From Bacteroidaceae bacterium (GTDB taxonomy: Bacteria; Bacteroidota; Bacteroidia; Bacteroidales; Bacteroidaceae), in assembly GCA_024401165.1 (NCBI GenBank), contig JAKSLN010000001.1, positions 1,446 through 65,445 on the forward strand: a DNA stretch of 64,000 bases, given 5' to 3'. The notes beneath the pieces were generated by a model. The model did not search any database. It saw only the letters and a program-made list of their open reading frames with translations, and was not told where the DNA came from. The translations under genes were made by a program, and so were the position numbers. Of the stretch, positions 52,701 to 61,503 are shown one piece after another (the stretch's first letter is position 1; each line of letters opens with the position of its first letter).

Positions 52701-54012
52701 CAGAGATGGTGACGTTCTGCCCTACCGTTAGTGACACATCAGCGCTCTCGTCACTACCCACTCGGATAACAGACTTATCGTTGTCTGTAATGGTGGGAAC
52801 GGTGATCTTGCCACCTTCTACTGATGACGTAATAGTCACATTGCCACTCTTAACCCACAGCGCACGCTGCCCGTCACTCGTGATGGTATGGCCATTGAGA
52901 TCGAGGGTATAGACCTGCGATGTTTCAAAGGTTGACGAGATGCTGAAGTTGTCCATTAGTTTGATGGTACTCTCTGCAGGTGCTTCGCTCATGGCACGCT
53001 CCAGAGTGGTGTACTGACCGACGGTTTTTTCGACACCATTATCCGTTGTAGTCACCATTACCTTCATCTGAAGACCATACTTGTCGAAAGTAATATCTGG
53101 AGCTCCGTCCTTCTTATCCGAATCCTTCACTACGGCAACTTCGCCCGTGATGGTAGCCTTCGGACTAATGTTCACGTTGCTAACACCGGCATACGCTCCG
53201 CTTTCTACAATGGATATGGCATAGCCAATTGTTGAAGGATCGTTCTCATTTGCCGTATGCTGAGGAGTTCCTGTTGCTTTAATCATAGCTTTCTCGTCTA
53301 CGACCAACTGGCCACCCTTCATCTCGATGCCGCCTGCACCTTCTACTGAACCAATGACAGTGAGCACACCTGCTTGTGGATGGTAGATTGCCACATTACT
53401 GCTTGTCTTGATTTTTGCGTTCTCGCCTACCGTGATAGTCGTACCTGCATATTCAGGCAGACCATTACCTGCGATGGCGGCTCGCCCAACAGTATTCACG
53501 TTACCATTCACAATCAACGTTTCTTCAGTCTTGTTGCCAAAGACCGTAACGCCATAGCAAGTCTCAACCGTAGTACTGATGGTTACGTTCTCACCGATAG
53601 TAAGTTTAACAAAGGTCTTATCCCCGGTATATCCACCGGGACCACCTTCTCCCACACGGATCACAGAATTGTCAACGGGCACACTACCGTTAGCAATGAT
53701 GTAAGCAGGATTATCAGGATTATCAGATTTGAAAAGGACCTCTCCTTTAGTAACTTGGAATGCGCGGCATCCCTCACTCGTTATGGTATGGCCATTGAGG
53801 TCGATAATTACATCACTTTTAATAACAAGTGTTTTCGAAAGTGTGATGTCTGCTGTCAACTTGAGCTCTTGGTCACTTCCCGTCAGCAAAGACTTTAACT
53901 GTTCCGCGTTAGTTACCTCCACAGCTTCCGCCCATGCCACGCTGGCGGTGGCCATCAGGCAGAGGGTGAGGAAGGTTCTCCTAATTCTATCTATAAATTT
54001 TGTTCTTCTCAT
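49780..54012 (-). CDS. Secreted beta-helix repeat adhesin-like protein with T9SS C-terminal sorting domain
   Basis: Type I signal MRRTKFIDRIRRTFLTLCLMATASVAWA|EA. The ORF-track start at 54030 is TTG; the first ATG is at 54012. Three about 283-300-aa repeats are anchored by DLNGHTITS (x2) and DLNTYTLTG, and by GAGGIEMKGG (x2) and AGAIEMKGG. The C-terminus VYDLQGRKQNGLQKGMNIMKMSNGKTIKVYVNK resembles the Por_Secre_tail domain. Confidence 0.7.
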   Translation of the reverse strand: MRRTKFIDRIRRTFLTLCLMATASVAWAEAVEVTNAEQLKSLLTGSDQELKLTADITLSKTLVIKSDVIIDLNGHTITSEGCRAFQVTKGEVLFKSDNPDNPAYIIANGSVPVDNSVIRVGEGGPGGYTGDKTFVKLTIGENVTISTTVETCYGVTVFGNKTEETLIVNGNVNTVGRAAIAGNGLPEYAGTTITVGENAKIKTSSNVAIYHPQAGVLTVIGSVEGAGGIEMKGGQLVVDEKAMIKATGTPQHTANENDPSTIGYAISIVESGAYAGVSNVNISPKATITGEVAVVKDSDKKDGAPDITFDKYGLQMKVMVTTTDNGVEKTVGQYTTLERAMSEAPAESTIKLMDNFSISSTFETSQVYTLDLNGHTITSDGQRALWVKSGNVTITSSVEGGKITVPTITDNDKSVIRVGSDESADVSLTVGQNVTISADECYGVVVEGQNTNASLTVKGNVSTKNKPAIAGQGPTGPTTATISIGSTANINASDNVAIYNSLAGTVTIDGTVTVKGAGGIEMKGGSLAVTSTAHIIATGTPLHVANDTGCSSVGYAVAVVQNNTNGQKVTNVSIDSSAEVIGAVAQLHDSDVTDFNPSYTGKFTTKLAAIGNDQYFSLNDAIKIVPQEGIVKLLMSLTQSTPFVMDAEKTYTFDLNTYTLTGNGCAAVQVSHGHVTMTNGIVTSTGAAPATIQVGSDEGTNRAVSLLVSNNVEVSSSSSPGVLLSGTRTRETLDVKGKVTTVTTEGHSAIVTADEVDKIHVYSGAEVTATDAVAIYQANVGDLVVDGGGKVIGSGTTAGAIEMKGGDLTVDAGAIVTATGSTTHRASDDAPSTNGYAIALVENTNFPGVGRVNISNSATVTGIIACIVDSEGNKPRFTGDVSMIAKTTANGNQYAKISDAIGAVAAGAEVMLLDNLTVTSPVELNKALILNMDDYSIIGNQGSGAAVTVGAGVTLKNGGITSEKDGININISDGTVALQNMTVTTAGVSLTVAQGTVTTDQKTNFTSTGANTIALNGGNLTVAGKVQNTSNASNASNAIEATAGSLSVANTATVTSTNGKGIDWQSSGELTIEGGKISGTEAVYANAGKVIITGGTFTGKTHGVEIAGYSTLPEVTGGTFVCGTNDDDKPIAYTGSTDLTDGFVTGDYFSKKIAQAICKKGYTVAANPKSNHLFYLINEIVINDGTNWTAPSEPYTIATAKYVRNSGMGAAGTEYGTLCLPFSFSTTTQDDMTFYKVASIDATNGVLNIENIEGNIAAGTPVIFQLDSRKTNFTIESAMASVTTMTDEDNDDALKANGLVGRFTKKTITDGLSGIYYLNSDAFHQAKTSLTVPAFRAYIQPITGSTAKASVLNIHIVDEDEVDGIGSAQNDDFDVEAVYDLQGRKQNGLQKGMNIMKMSNGKTIKVYVNK
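51331..53910 (-). repeat. Three tandem intragenic repeats of about 850-900 nt (plus a degenerate fourth downstream)
   Basis: The DLNG anchor codons start at 53802 and 52902, and DLNT starts at 52053. The segments are similar at nucleotide level, e.g. CACTCGTTATGGTATGGCCATTGAGGTCGA (about 53775-53804) versus CACTCGTGATGGTATGGCCATTGAGATCGA (about 52875-52904). Confidence 0.7.
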
Positions 54013-54036
54013 ATTGAGTATTGCTTTCAAATTATG

Positions 54037-56328
54037 TTAGAACCAGATGTTGTCGCTGGCTGTGACGGTTACCCAGTCCTTGAGGGTCGCGGTGACCTTG
54101 ATGGCGGTCTTTGAGAGAGTGAGGATGTACTTATAGTGAACACCACTCTCCCATTGTCCGTTAGGTGCAACCTTTTCTGATGTGGAACCAGACTTCAGTA
54201 TTGGATTAACGTCTGCATAATAGACGTCGGTTGTAGCAGGAGTCTTAGTTTTTTGTTCATCTGTTAAAGCGGCGAATGCATCATCATCTATTGAGGTGCC
54301 TTTTGCTGCATTATACTCTGCTGCATTTGCATACAGTACGGCATCATCATTCGTTACCGTAATCTTAAAGCGAAGGTTGTTCGCTTTCTGTGCTTCTTCT
54401 GTACTATAAGTAAGAACTTGAGGGACAATAGCACTATGACGTTTGAGTTCATTGCCGGAGCCTTCAACGACATCAAGAGTATAGCTACCCTTATCGCCAG
54501 AAACACTTACGGAACCATCAGAGAGTTTAACCTCGCCACTATTATATACATTAACAAGTTCTACAACTGTATTCGCATTGATGTTCACTTTGGCTGCATC
54601 TGGACTATCTACAGTTTTCAGTTCCACCTCCACCTGCGACATGGCATACTCGAAGTTCAGGTGAATGAGGCCTTCTTTATTATTGGCGTGAGTACCATCT
54701 TCGGCAGCATCTGTTGCACAGATACCCTGCTTATTATGCCCAGCTTTACAGGTTTCGTCTAGAGTTCCATCCTCTTTGCGAGGCATTCCAATCATGAGGT
54801 CTGACGGGTAATAACCTTGCTTGTAAGCCACGTTTGCAACTTCAACATAACTTGCCTTAACCTGTGATGATGTTGGACCAAGTTGCTGTGGTTCCGCACT
54901 GGTATCCTTGCTGTCTACCACTGGCCAAACACCACGGAAGAAGTAATGAGTCTGATGGTCAGGCCAATAGAGTTGAGGAGACATTGTGTACTTGCTGCTT
55001 GCATAGCTTACAGTAGAACTATTGTCCTCTGTGAGGCCATTGATGTAAGAGCCTGTTACATTCTTGCTACGATAAAGCGTGAAGTCTTTACCGAAATTTG
55101 TACCATCCTGACCATAGCACTGGCTGAAGTTGATCTTAGGAGCCTCCTCGTCTGCCTCTACATCCTTCCAGTCTACAATTGTAGCCTCCACCTTGATGTC
55201 CGTTTGATTGACTGTAATCTTCAATTTATAGTTCCAACCATGGAGCAACGCATTATCCATGTTGGTAGGATATCCTGTGGTTGCAGTTTCATCGATTGCT
55301 TTTTGAATAGCAGCATTCAGCTCTTTTGCTGTAACGAAATACGTATTACCGTCTGCTGTGAGGGTCAGAATGTCGGTGCCATTATCAAAAGTGTTTCCAG
55401 GAAAAACCAATGCGTCGTAGGTGGCAGTAGTATTGCCGGCACCTCCATCAGACCTATGCATATCGATGTTTGCTGTGGATGTGGGCGATGAACTCTTATT
55501 TACCACATTCACGTTTCCTGTATAATAGAAACCAAGCAGTTTGACAGTAGGATTTCCTACAAACTTACTATCCACAAAACCAAGACCTGCTGTCAGTTCA
55601 ACCGTAATCTTAGTCATGGCATGCGTGAAGATGAGAAGGTTGCTGGCTGTCGAAGAACTGTTCTTCAGGTCGTTCATCCAGTCATCGAACTTGTATGTGC
55701 CATCAGCGGATGCCGTGATGTTATTGCTAGTCAACAGGTCCACATTTGCCCAACCACCAGTTTGGTTAATTACTCCACTAGTTGGGGTACCAACACTCCA
55801 AGGTTGACTGGTCCATGAAGATATTGTTGGTGCAGTTGATTCTCCTTCCACACAAGCGGCATAGATGGTCAGACCTTTGTCACGACCGTTACCGACATGC
55901 TGTTCCTCATCAGATGCATTCTTCAAGGACATGTTTGCGGGATCGGCTGTACCATAGTCATCCCAATAGCACTTCTCAGTTCCTTCGAATTTTACTTCGT
56001 TATGCTTATCATCCTTTACCTTATTAGTAGTGATCGTAGCACTAGTGGACTTAATGATAGACTCTGGATCGTTCCCCAACCACGTACCATCAATGCGAAG
56101 GGCCATCTTGGTCACACTTTTGAAAGGAGTATGATTGCTGTGACCTGGGTCTGCGGCACGTGTTGTGACACTGGTTCCTCCATCCCTCACACCAGCCATG
56201 AGGACAATCTCATTGTCCTCATCACCAACAGTGAAGTTTGCACGAATAGCAGTCTCCTCTACACTATTTACACATGCAGAAAGAAGAAAAACTGATGCAA
56301 TAAAATTTATATAAGGTCTTATCTTCAT
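54037..56328 (-). CDS. Double-module fimbrillin-family lipoprotein (763 aa)
   Basis: FLLSAC|VNS, SVTTR|AADP, IFTHAMTKITVELT ... ATIVDWKDVEADEE; NFEYAMSQVEVELK ... TATLKDWVTV. Confidence 0.7.
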   Translation of the reverse strand: MKIRPYINFIASVFLLSACVNSVEETAIRANFTVGDEDNEIVLMAGVRDGGTSVTTRAADPGHSNHTPFKSVTKMALRIDGTWLGNDPESIIKSTSATITTNKVKDDKHNEVKFEGTEKCYWDDYGTADPANMSLKNASDEEQHVGNGRDKGLTIYAACVEGESTAPTISSWTSQPWSVGTPTSGVINQTGGWANVDLLTSNNITASADGTYKFDDWMNDLKNSSSTASNLLIFTHAMTKITVELTAGLGFVDSKFVGNPTVKLLGFYYTGNVNVVNKSSSPTSTANIDMHRSDGGAGNTTATYDALVFPGNTFDNGTDILTLTADGNTYFVTAKELNAAIQKAIDETATTGYPTNMDNALLHGWNYKLKITVNQTDIKVEATIVDWKDVEADEEAPKINFSQCYGQDGTNFGKDFTLYRSKNVTGSYINGLTEDNSSTVSYASSKYTMSPQLYWPDHQTHYFFRGVWPVVDSKDTSAEPQQLGPTSSQVKASYVEVANVAYKQGYYPSDLMIGMPRKEDGTLDETCKAGHNKQGICATDAAEDGTHANNKEGLIHLNFEYAMSQVEVELKTVDSPDAAKVNINANTVVELVNVYNSGEVKLSDGSVSVSGDKGSYTLDVVEGSGNELKRHSAIVPQVLTYSTEEAQKANNLRFKITVTNDDAVLYANAAEYNAAKGTSIDDDAFAALTDEQKTKTPATTDVYYADVNPILKSGSTSEKVAPNGQWESGVHYKYILTLSKTAIKVTATLKDWVTVTASDNIWF

Positions 56329-56340
56329 GTTTCTTCTCCA

Positions 56341-58761
56341 TTAACGTATTTGAACCTCCTGCTCTGCCTCTACGGTTTCCCAGGGTACGATGGTGGCCTG
56401 AATATCCGTTATTCCCTTCTTCGTCAGTTTGAAGGTGTAGTTATACTTAAACCCGGGATACCAGCGATTCAACTGATACTTGTCCTTGTTTGGACCTTCT
56501 TCAGTAATCTGTTTGTAAGGATTAGCGAGGTTGTCATAGGTAATGCTTTTTACCACCACATCAGCCAGATCAACAATGTACTGGTTGTGGTCGGGAGTCG
56601 TGATGACCAGCTGGACATTGGCAAGATCCTGTGGGATGGCTCCATAACCAGCCCAGGTGATTATCTTTGTCGAAGAGTTTGGTGCCGGAGTGGCTTCAAA
56701 CTTAAAAGTGGAGTTAGCCACTTCAGAAGTACTACCCTTTACAAGTCCGTTACCTAAATATAGCTTACCCGCGGTATGTATCTTCTTCAGTTCGATGGTG
56801 GTCTTTTCTGTCGTACCATTGCCAAGGTTCACCTTATCGGGGTCAGATTCTCCTGACGTCTTGATATTGAAGGTCACATCACTCATCATGTGGAAGAGGG
56901 TGAGCTTGATGGCATCTTCGGTGGGGCCGATGGCCTTGTAGATCTGGTGGCTCGTTGCCCCTTCCTTACCATCGAAACCTTTTGATGTGGGGCCATAGTT
57001 CCACTTGAGGTTCACAGAATCGTTGGTCTCATTCTGAGCATAGTCCAGCATCGGGGCTCCCCACAATATGTCTGCGTAATTTGACTCACTGTGACTCAAC
57101 ACCAGATAATCACCGGCCGTCTCCGTACTCAGTTCAGTCGCTACGGCAATCTTCGAGCTCGTGCCATGAGCTTGGCACAGTGCTCGGAAGTGATAGAAAT
57201 TCTTGTTACTATCCCAGTACCAGTCTGTCTTCCAATGAGCGGGTGTAGTGCCCGTGGCTGCCACGAAGCCAAGGTTGGCATCCGCATTGCTGTAGTTCTT
57301 CGTCCAGTTGTAGGCCGCATAATCGTCGTTGATGGCACCCGTGTTGTCGTCAGCAGCACGATAGATAGTGAAGGCATCGCCCGAACCCAGCACATTGCTA
57401 TTGTCGCCATTGTTGCGCTCCTCAAGGTTGAGCTTGATACGAGCGTTGGAAGCTTCTAGTTCAGAAGCTTCTACGTCCTCCCAGTCAACGATGCTGGCTG
57501 TGAGGTTCTTGATTGAGGTTTTGCTGACTGAGAAAGTGAATACATAATGAACACCGGCTTTAAGTTTACCATTATCAAAGTATCCAGACTTTTGTGCATC
57601 AGAGAATGCCGAATACAGTTGAGCCATGCTTAGCTTATACTGGTTATTAGCTATAGTGAAAGTAACAGCATCAGTTGTAGAAGCATTACTTCCATTCATG
57701 TCTGTACCAGGAATGACGAGGGCATCAAGGATGTACTTGTACGTTGATTTTTCATCGCTTGTGAGTTCTGCGTCGGTTCTCTGGTAAATTTTTTGTATAA
57801 CAGACGAGGTTAAAGTATTCCCATCAAATTCACCATCTTCAATTTTAAATTTTCCGTAATTATAAAAGTTCGACAAAGCGATATTATAACCTGTTGGGAA
57901 CACAAACTGGTCAGCGGTAAAACCTTCTCCCATCTTAATGCGGAAGGTCAGTTTGGAAAGAGCATGGTAGAAGATCATGCGAGTCTTATAGGCTCCATCT
58001 CCCCACTGGTCCTCGGCACGAGGGAACTTCTTGGTGACAGGGTCGAACTTCAGACGACGGTCCGCGTCACCCTTACCACTCCAATCTCCGATATTATTTG
58101 AAAAACAAAGATCTTGGTTCTTGATGAAAGAAACATCGCGATTTTTCTTATCTTTTGAATAAGATAATTGATCTGTTACTCCAGTATTATGTGCAATAGG
58201 CCAAAAAATTGAAGGGTACTGATCATCTCCATTTATATTTGTCCATGGGATGTTTGCATAAGCATTATCTCCACCGGTTCTCCATGCTTTCAGGTCAACA
58301 CCATAACCCATACCAGGAGTACATATAGCCAAAATAGATAATGCTGATTCACGAGCATAGCTATCATCCCAGAAACGTACAAACTTATCATACTCATTCT
58401 TCTCAGTTGCAGTCTCCGAATAGTTCACCTCCGAGTAGTCCTTGCTGGTATCTGTCTGAGGCTGTGCGAACATGACAGTACGGGTCACCTTAGCGACCTT
58501 AGAATTATCAGTCACATGCTCACTCTTCATAAGCATATACAGACTTGTATTCTCAGTAAAAGACTGCATATCCGTCTTCGGCTTCGTGATGACGGCACGA
58601 GTGATTGGATTGGGTGAGTCCACTCCTCCTACGCTGAGTTCGATGGGCGTCTTCTCCGAATCGGGGATGGGTGGTGTTTCCACGACGAGAGCGTCTTCCT
58701 TACAGGCTGCGAGGGCGAGCAGGGATAGGCAGAGGGTGATATGTTTTAGTTTCAATCGCAT
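56341..58761 (-). CDS. Double-module fimbrillin-family lipoprotein (806 aa)
   Basis: LALAAC|KED, NPITR|AVIT, IFYHALSKLTFRIK ... ASIVDWEDVEASE; LFHMMSDVTFNIK ... ATIVPWETVEAE. Confidence 0.7.
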   Translation of the reverse strand: MRLKLKHITLCLSLLALAACKEDALVVETPPIPDSEKTPIELSVGGVDSPNPITRAVITKPKTDMQSFTENTSLYMLMKSEHVTDNSKVAKVTRTVMFAQPQTDTSKDYSEVNYSETATEKNEYDKFVRFWDDSYARESALSILAICTPGMGYGVDLKAWRTGGDNAYANIPWTNINGDDQYPSIFWPIAHNTGVTDQLSYSKDKKNRDVSFIKNQDLCFSNNIGDWSGKGDADRRLKFDPVTKKFPRAEDQWGDGAYKTRMIFYHALSKLTFRIKMGEGFTADQFVFPTGYNIALSNFYNYGKFKIEDGEFDGNTLTSSVIQKIYQRTDAELTSDEKSTYKYILDALVIPGTDMNGSNASTTDAVTFTIANNQYKLSMAQLYSAFSDAQKSGYFDNGKLKAGVHYVFTFSVSKTSIKNLTASIVDWEDVEASELEASNARIKLNLEERNNGDNSNVLGSGDAFTIYRAADDNTGAINDDYAAYNWTKNYSNADANLGFVAATGTTPAHWKTDWYWDSNKNFYHFRALCQAHGTSSKIAVATELSTETAGDYLVLSHSESNYADILWGAPMLDYAQNETNDSVNLKWNYGPTSKGFDGKEGATSHQIYKAIGPTEDAIKLTLFHMMSDVTFNIKTSGESDPDKVNLGNGTTEKTTIELKKIHTAGKLYLGNGLVKGSTSEVANSTFKFEATPAPNSSTKIITWAGYGAIPQDLANVQLVITTPDHNQYIVDLADVVVKSITYDNLANPYKQITEEGPNKDKYQLNRWYPGFKYNYTFKLTKKGITDIQATIVPWETVEAEQEVQIR

Positions 58762-58960
58762 GTATTGATGTTTTTTCTATTATATTCACTGGCAGCTGGG
58801 GCTGCGGTGGTTTCTTGTTGATGCGGTTTCAGTCTGTATCCGTACCTGGAGGTCTTTGTTACTGCTGCGGAAACTGAAATTTTCTGCTGCTGGATTTCTT
58901 TTTTCCGCGCAACACGGAACTTCAGATCGCCGTGCGTGGTTTCGTCCTTGGCTTGTCTTT

Positions 58961-59019
58961 TCACCTTCTCACCCCTCTCCCAGTCCTTTTGGGAAGGACT
59001 AGGAGTGGAGAGATGGTGA
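58961..59019. repeat. Long imperfect inverted repeat (about 60-nt stem-loop) just after the stop of the 807-aa gene
   Basis: Core stem AGTCCTT / AAGGACT (58982-58988 / 58994-59000), extended by TCACC / GGTGA and C-rich/G-rich arms (CACCCCTCTCC / GGAGTGGAGAG). No T-run follows on the sense (minus) strand. Confidence 0.55.
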
Positions 59020-59038
59020 AGGGGTTTCGCGTGTTCCT

Positions 59039-61462
59039 TTAGTTCTCGAGATCGATTTTTATATTCTCACCATAGACATTTACCCATGGAGCCAATGTAC
59101 AAGTGATGTTATCAATTCCCTTCTTGGTAATCTTGAAAGTATATGTGTAAGAATGATTCGGATACCAACGGGTGATTGCTGCTGCAGTCTTCTGGGCATC
59201 GGTACTTGAAGATGTTGCAATATTAGGATGATCAGGATCACTATAAGATGCGTCACTTCCTTCCTGCTTGATTGATGTAGCATAGATCTTGCTTAAATCC
59301 TCAATTACGTAATACTGATTATTGTCGCTGGTAACAATTGTAACGCCGACATAGTTACCAGCACCTGTACCGCGACTCAAAAGCTGTGGTACGACTGCAT
59401 AGGTGAAAGGCTTTGTTTTTACGTCGTTACTAGTCCAATAATCGGTACTTGAGGGGGACGTAATTAGAACATCTGTGGTTGCCAAAGAAGTCGTTGTTGG
59501 TGTAACAAGACCAGAACCCATCTTAACCTGACCTTCAGTATAGAACTTTGTCAAATATACCTTTGCATTCGAAAGATTCACATGGTCACCTGCATCTGCT
59601 GCAGTTGTCTCAAGGATGATGTTGATGTTACTCATCATGTGAAGCTCGGTAATCTTGATTTCGTTCTCGGTAGAACCAATAGCCTTATAGATGCTAGTTG
59701 TATAACCTTCAGTTGTATTGTTTGCACTATTTGCGTCTGGGTTATATTTGAATAATTGAGCACCTCCAGTTGGGTTTTTCATTGGGGCACCCCAATGATA
59801 ATCATGATTGGCTTGGTCACCTGAGACTATTTCAAAGTAATCATCTATACCATCAGCTCCATCTCCAGTTGCTCCTTTGATCTCGGTTGTTAGACTCTTC
59901 TTTACTGTTCTAAAATGATAGAAAGTTTTGTTGTCCTCAAAGAACCAATTTGTTGTGAATTTACCATCACCTGTTGAAGAACCTGTAGGCTTTGTTAAGG
60001 TTGCTGGGGTAGTGTTATAGTTACCTTTCCAATTATAGAATTCCTTTGAATCTGCAGTAGGTGATGTCAAATTAGTATAGATGTTTCCATCACCATCAGC
60101 AAGACGATAAAGATTTATATCATCACAAGTTCCTGTGGCGGAAGATATGTCCAAAGTAATATAGGAGTTGTACAACTGCTTATCGGCAGCATATACCTCT
60201 GTCCAAGGCTGAAGAGTAGCTGTGACCTTTTGGATACCTGTCTTATTGACTGTGATATTGAGGTTATAGTTTTTCTGCTGCTCCATCTTAATTTTATTAT
60301 CAGCAGTAGTCGTCACTCCTGTCTTACCATCCAATGCAGCAAAAATCATTTGTTGGTCAACGTAATAGGTGTTATCATCAATAGTGAAAGAAATCACATT
60401 TGTGGTTGAAGTCTTACCAAACTCATAATCTGGGAGCATCTGAACGGTTGCTTTGTAGCACGCTCTTGAAACATCATTGTTTGATTCGTCTTTGACAGTA
60501 GTGTTTGTAATTGAAGGTTTTGCAACAATGATGCCTGTTGTCTTTGTTCCCCATGTTCCTTCTGTCAAATCGAGATCTGCTTGAACATTCATACCATTGA
60601 ATGCAATACCTACAGAACTAAGGTTGAAGTCATGAGTTTCCTCATTGTCATCTGCATTATTGAAACCATTTCCACTGATTATGGTCAATGTAATACGTGA
60701 AAGGGAATGCGTGAATACGAGATGGCCTTTGTCAAAGTGACCAGCATCTGTAGCTTCTGCTCCATCTGGCAGAACGAACTGCATACGTCCATTACCATGG
60801 GTAGTGTTTCCTGTTTCTGCTGGATAACCAACAGGATCAGTATAACTCCATACATAGCGACCATCGGTACCATTCTTGCGAATGTTACGGCTATAGGTAA
60901 GGTCTTCTCCTGTAAGAGTTGCATCGACCTGCTCATGATCACCATCAGAATCTTTGTGGCTTACACTCCAAGTAATAGTGTTGGTAGCATTAGTACCCCA
61001 CTTGGCACTTGATGAACCATAACCAGCTGTAAGGCTACTTTCTTGGAGCTTGCTATCTGACGTAATAGACTTACCGGGCACTGCTACTGCATATACTGAA
61101 AGGAAAGCATCACGACCGAAGCAATCATCCCAATACAATTTATACAGATCACCAATAGTAATATCAGAATAGGTAGAATTATCGGATGTGTTAGTTTTTT
61201 CTGTAGAAGCTGTAACCTTTGTTCTTGCATATCTTTTTTCCGTACCATTTTCGCCTTTTTGGCTCATGATACGCAGGACTACATCTGTTGAAAATGTAGT
61301 ATGGAGTCCTGCACGAGTTACAGGCAATGCACTTCCATCGCTCATTGAGAAGCTGATCATCTCCTTGCCACTGGGGTCGATGGGAGAAGTGATGTCGGTG
61401 TTGTCCGAACAGCTAGCTGCAGTCAAAGCTGCTACTGCCAGCAATAAGTTTGTCTTCTTCAT
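59039..61462 (-). CDS. Double-module fimbrillin-family lipoprotein (807 aa)
   Basis: ALTAASC|SDN, ALPVTR|AGLH, VFTHSLSRITLTII ... TATLQPWTEVYA; ELHMMSNINIILE ... CTLAPWVNVYG. Confidence 0.7.
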   Translation of the reverse strand: MKKTNLLLAVAALTAASCSDNTDITSPIDPSGKEMISFSMSDGSALPVTRAGLHTTFSTDVVLRIMSQKGENGTEKRYARTKVTASTEKTNTSDNSTYSDITIGDLYKLYWDDCFGRDAFLSVYAVAVPGKSITSDSKLQESSLTAGYGSSSAKWGTNATNTITWSVSHKDSDGDHEQVDATLTGEDLTYSRNIRKNGTDGRYVWSYTDPVGYPAETGNTTHGNGRMQFVLPDGAEATDAGHFDKGHLVFTHSLSRITLTIISGNGFNNADDNEETHDFNLSSVGIAFNGMNVQADLDLTEGTWGTKTTGIIVAKPSITNTTVKDESNNDVSRACYKATVQMLPDYEFGKTSTTNVISFTIDDNTYYVDQQMIFAALDGKTGVTTTADNKIKMEQQKNYNLNITVNKTGIQKVTATLQPWTEVYAADKQLYNSYITLDISSATGTCDDINLYRLADGDGNIYTNLTSPTADSKEFYNWKGNYNTTPATLTKPTGSSTGDGKFTTNWFFEDNKTFYHFRTVKKSLTTEIKGATGDGADGIDDYFEIVSGDQANHDYHWGAPMKNPTGGAQLFKYNPDANSANNTTEGYTTSIYKAIGSTENEIKITELHMMSNINIILETTAADAGDHVNLSNAKVYLTKFYTEGQVKMGSGLVTPTTTSLATTDVLITSPSSTDYWTSNDVKTKPFTYAVVPQLLSRGTGAGNYVGVTIVTSDNNQYYVIEDLSKIYATSIKQEGSDASYSDPDHPNIATSSSTDAQKTAAAITRWYPNHSYTYTFKITKKGIDNITCTLAPWVNVYGENIKIDLEN

Positions 61463-61503
61463 ATCTTATGTTTTTTTATTATCAATAATATATTGCGTTT
61501 CTA

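Noticed and set aside
58752-58964. 70-aa minus-strand ORF in the 277-nt gap of the pilus array
   Set aside because: It overlaps the start of the 806-aa gene in another frame and is made of the repeat/hairpin sequence. It has no signal or motif.
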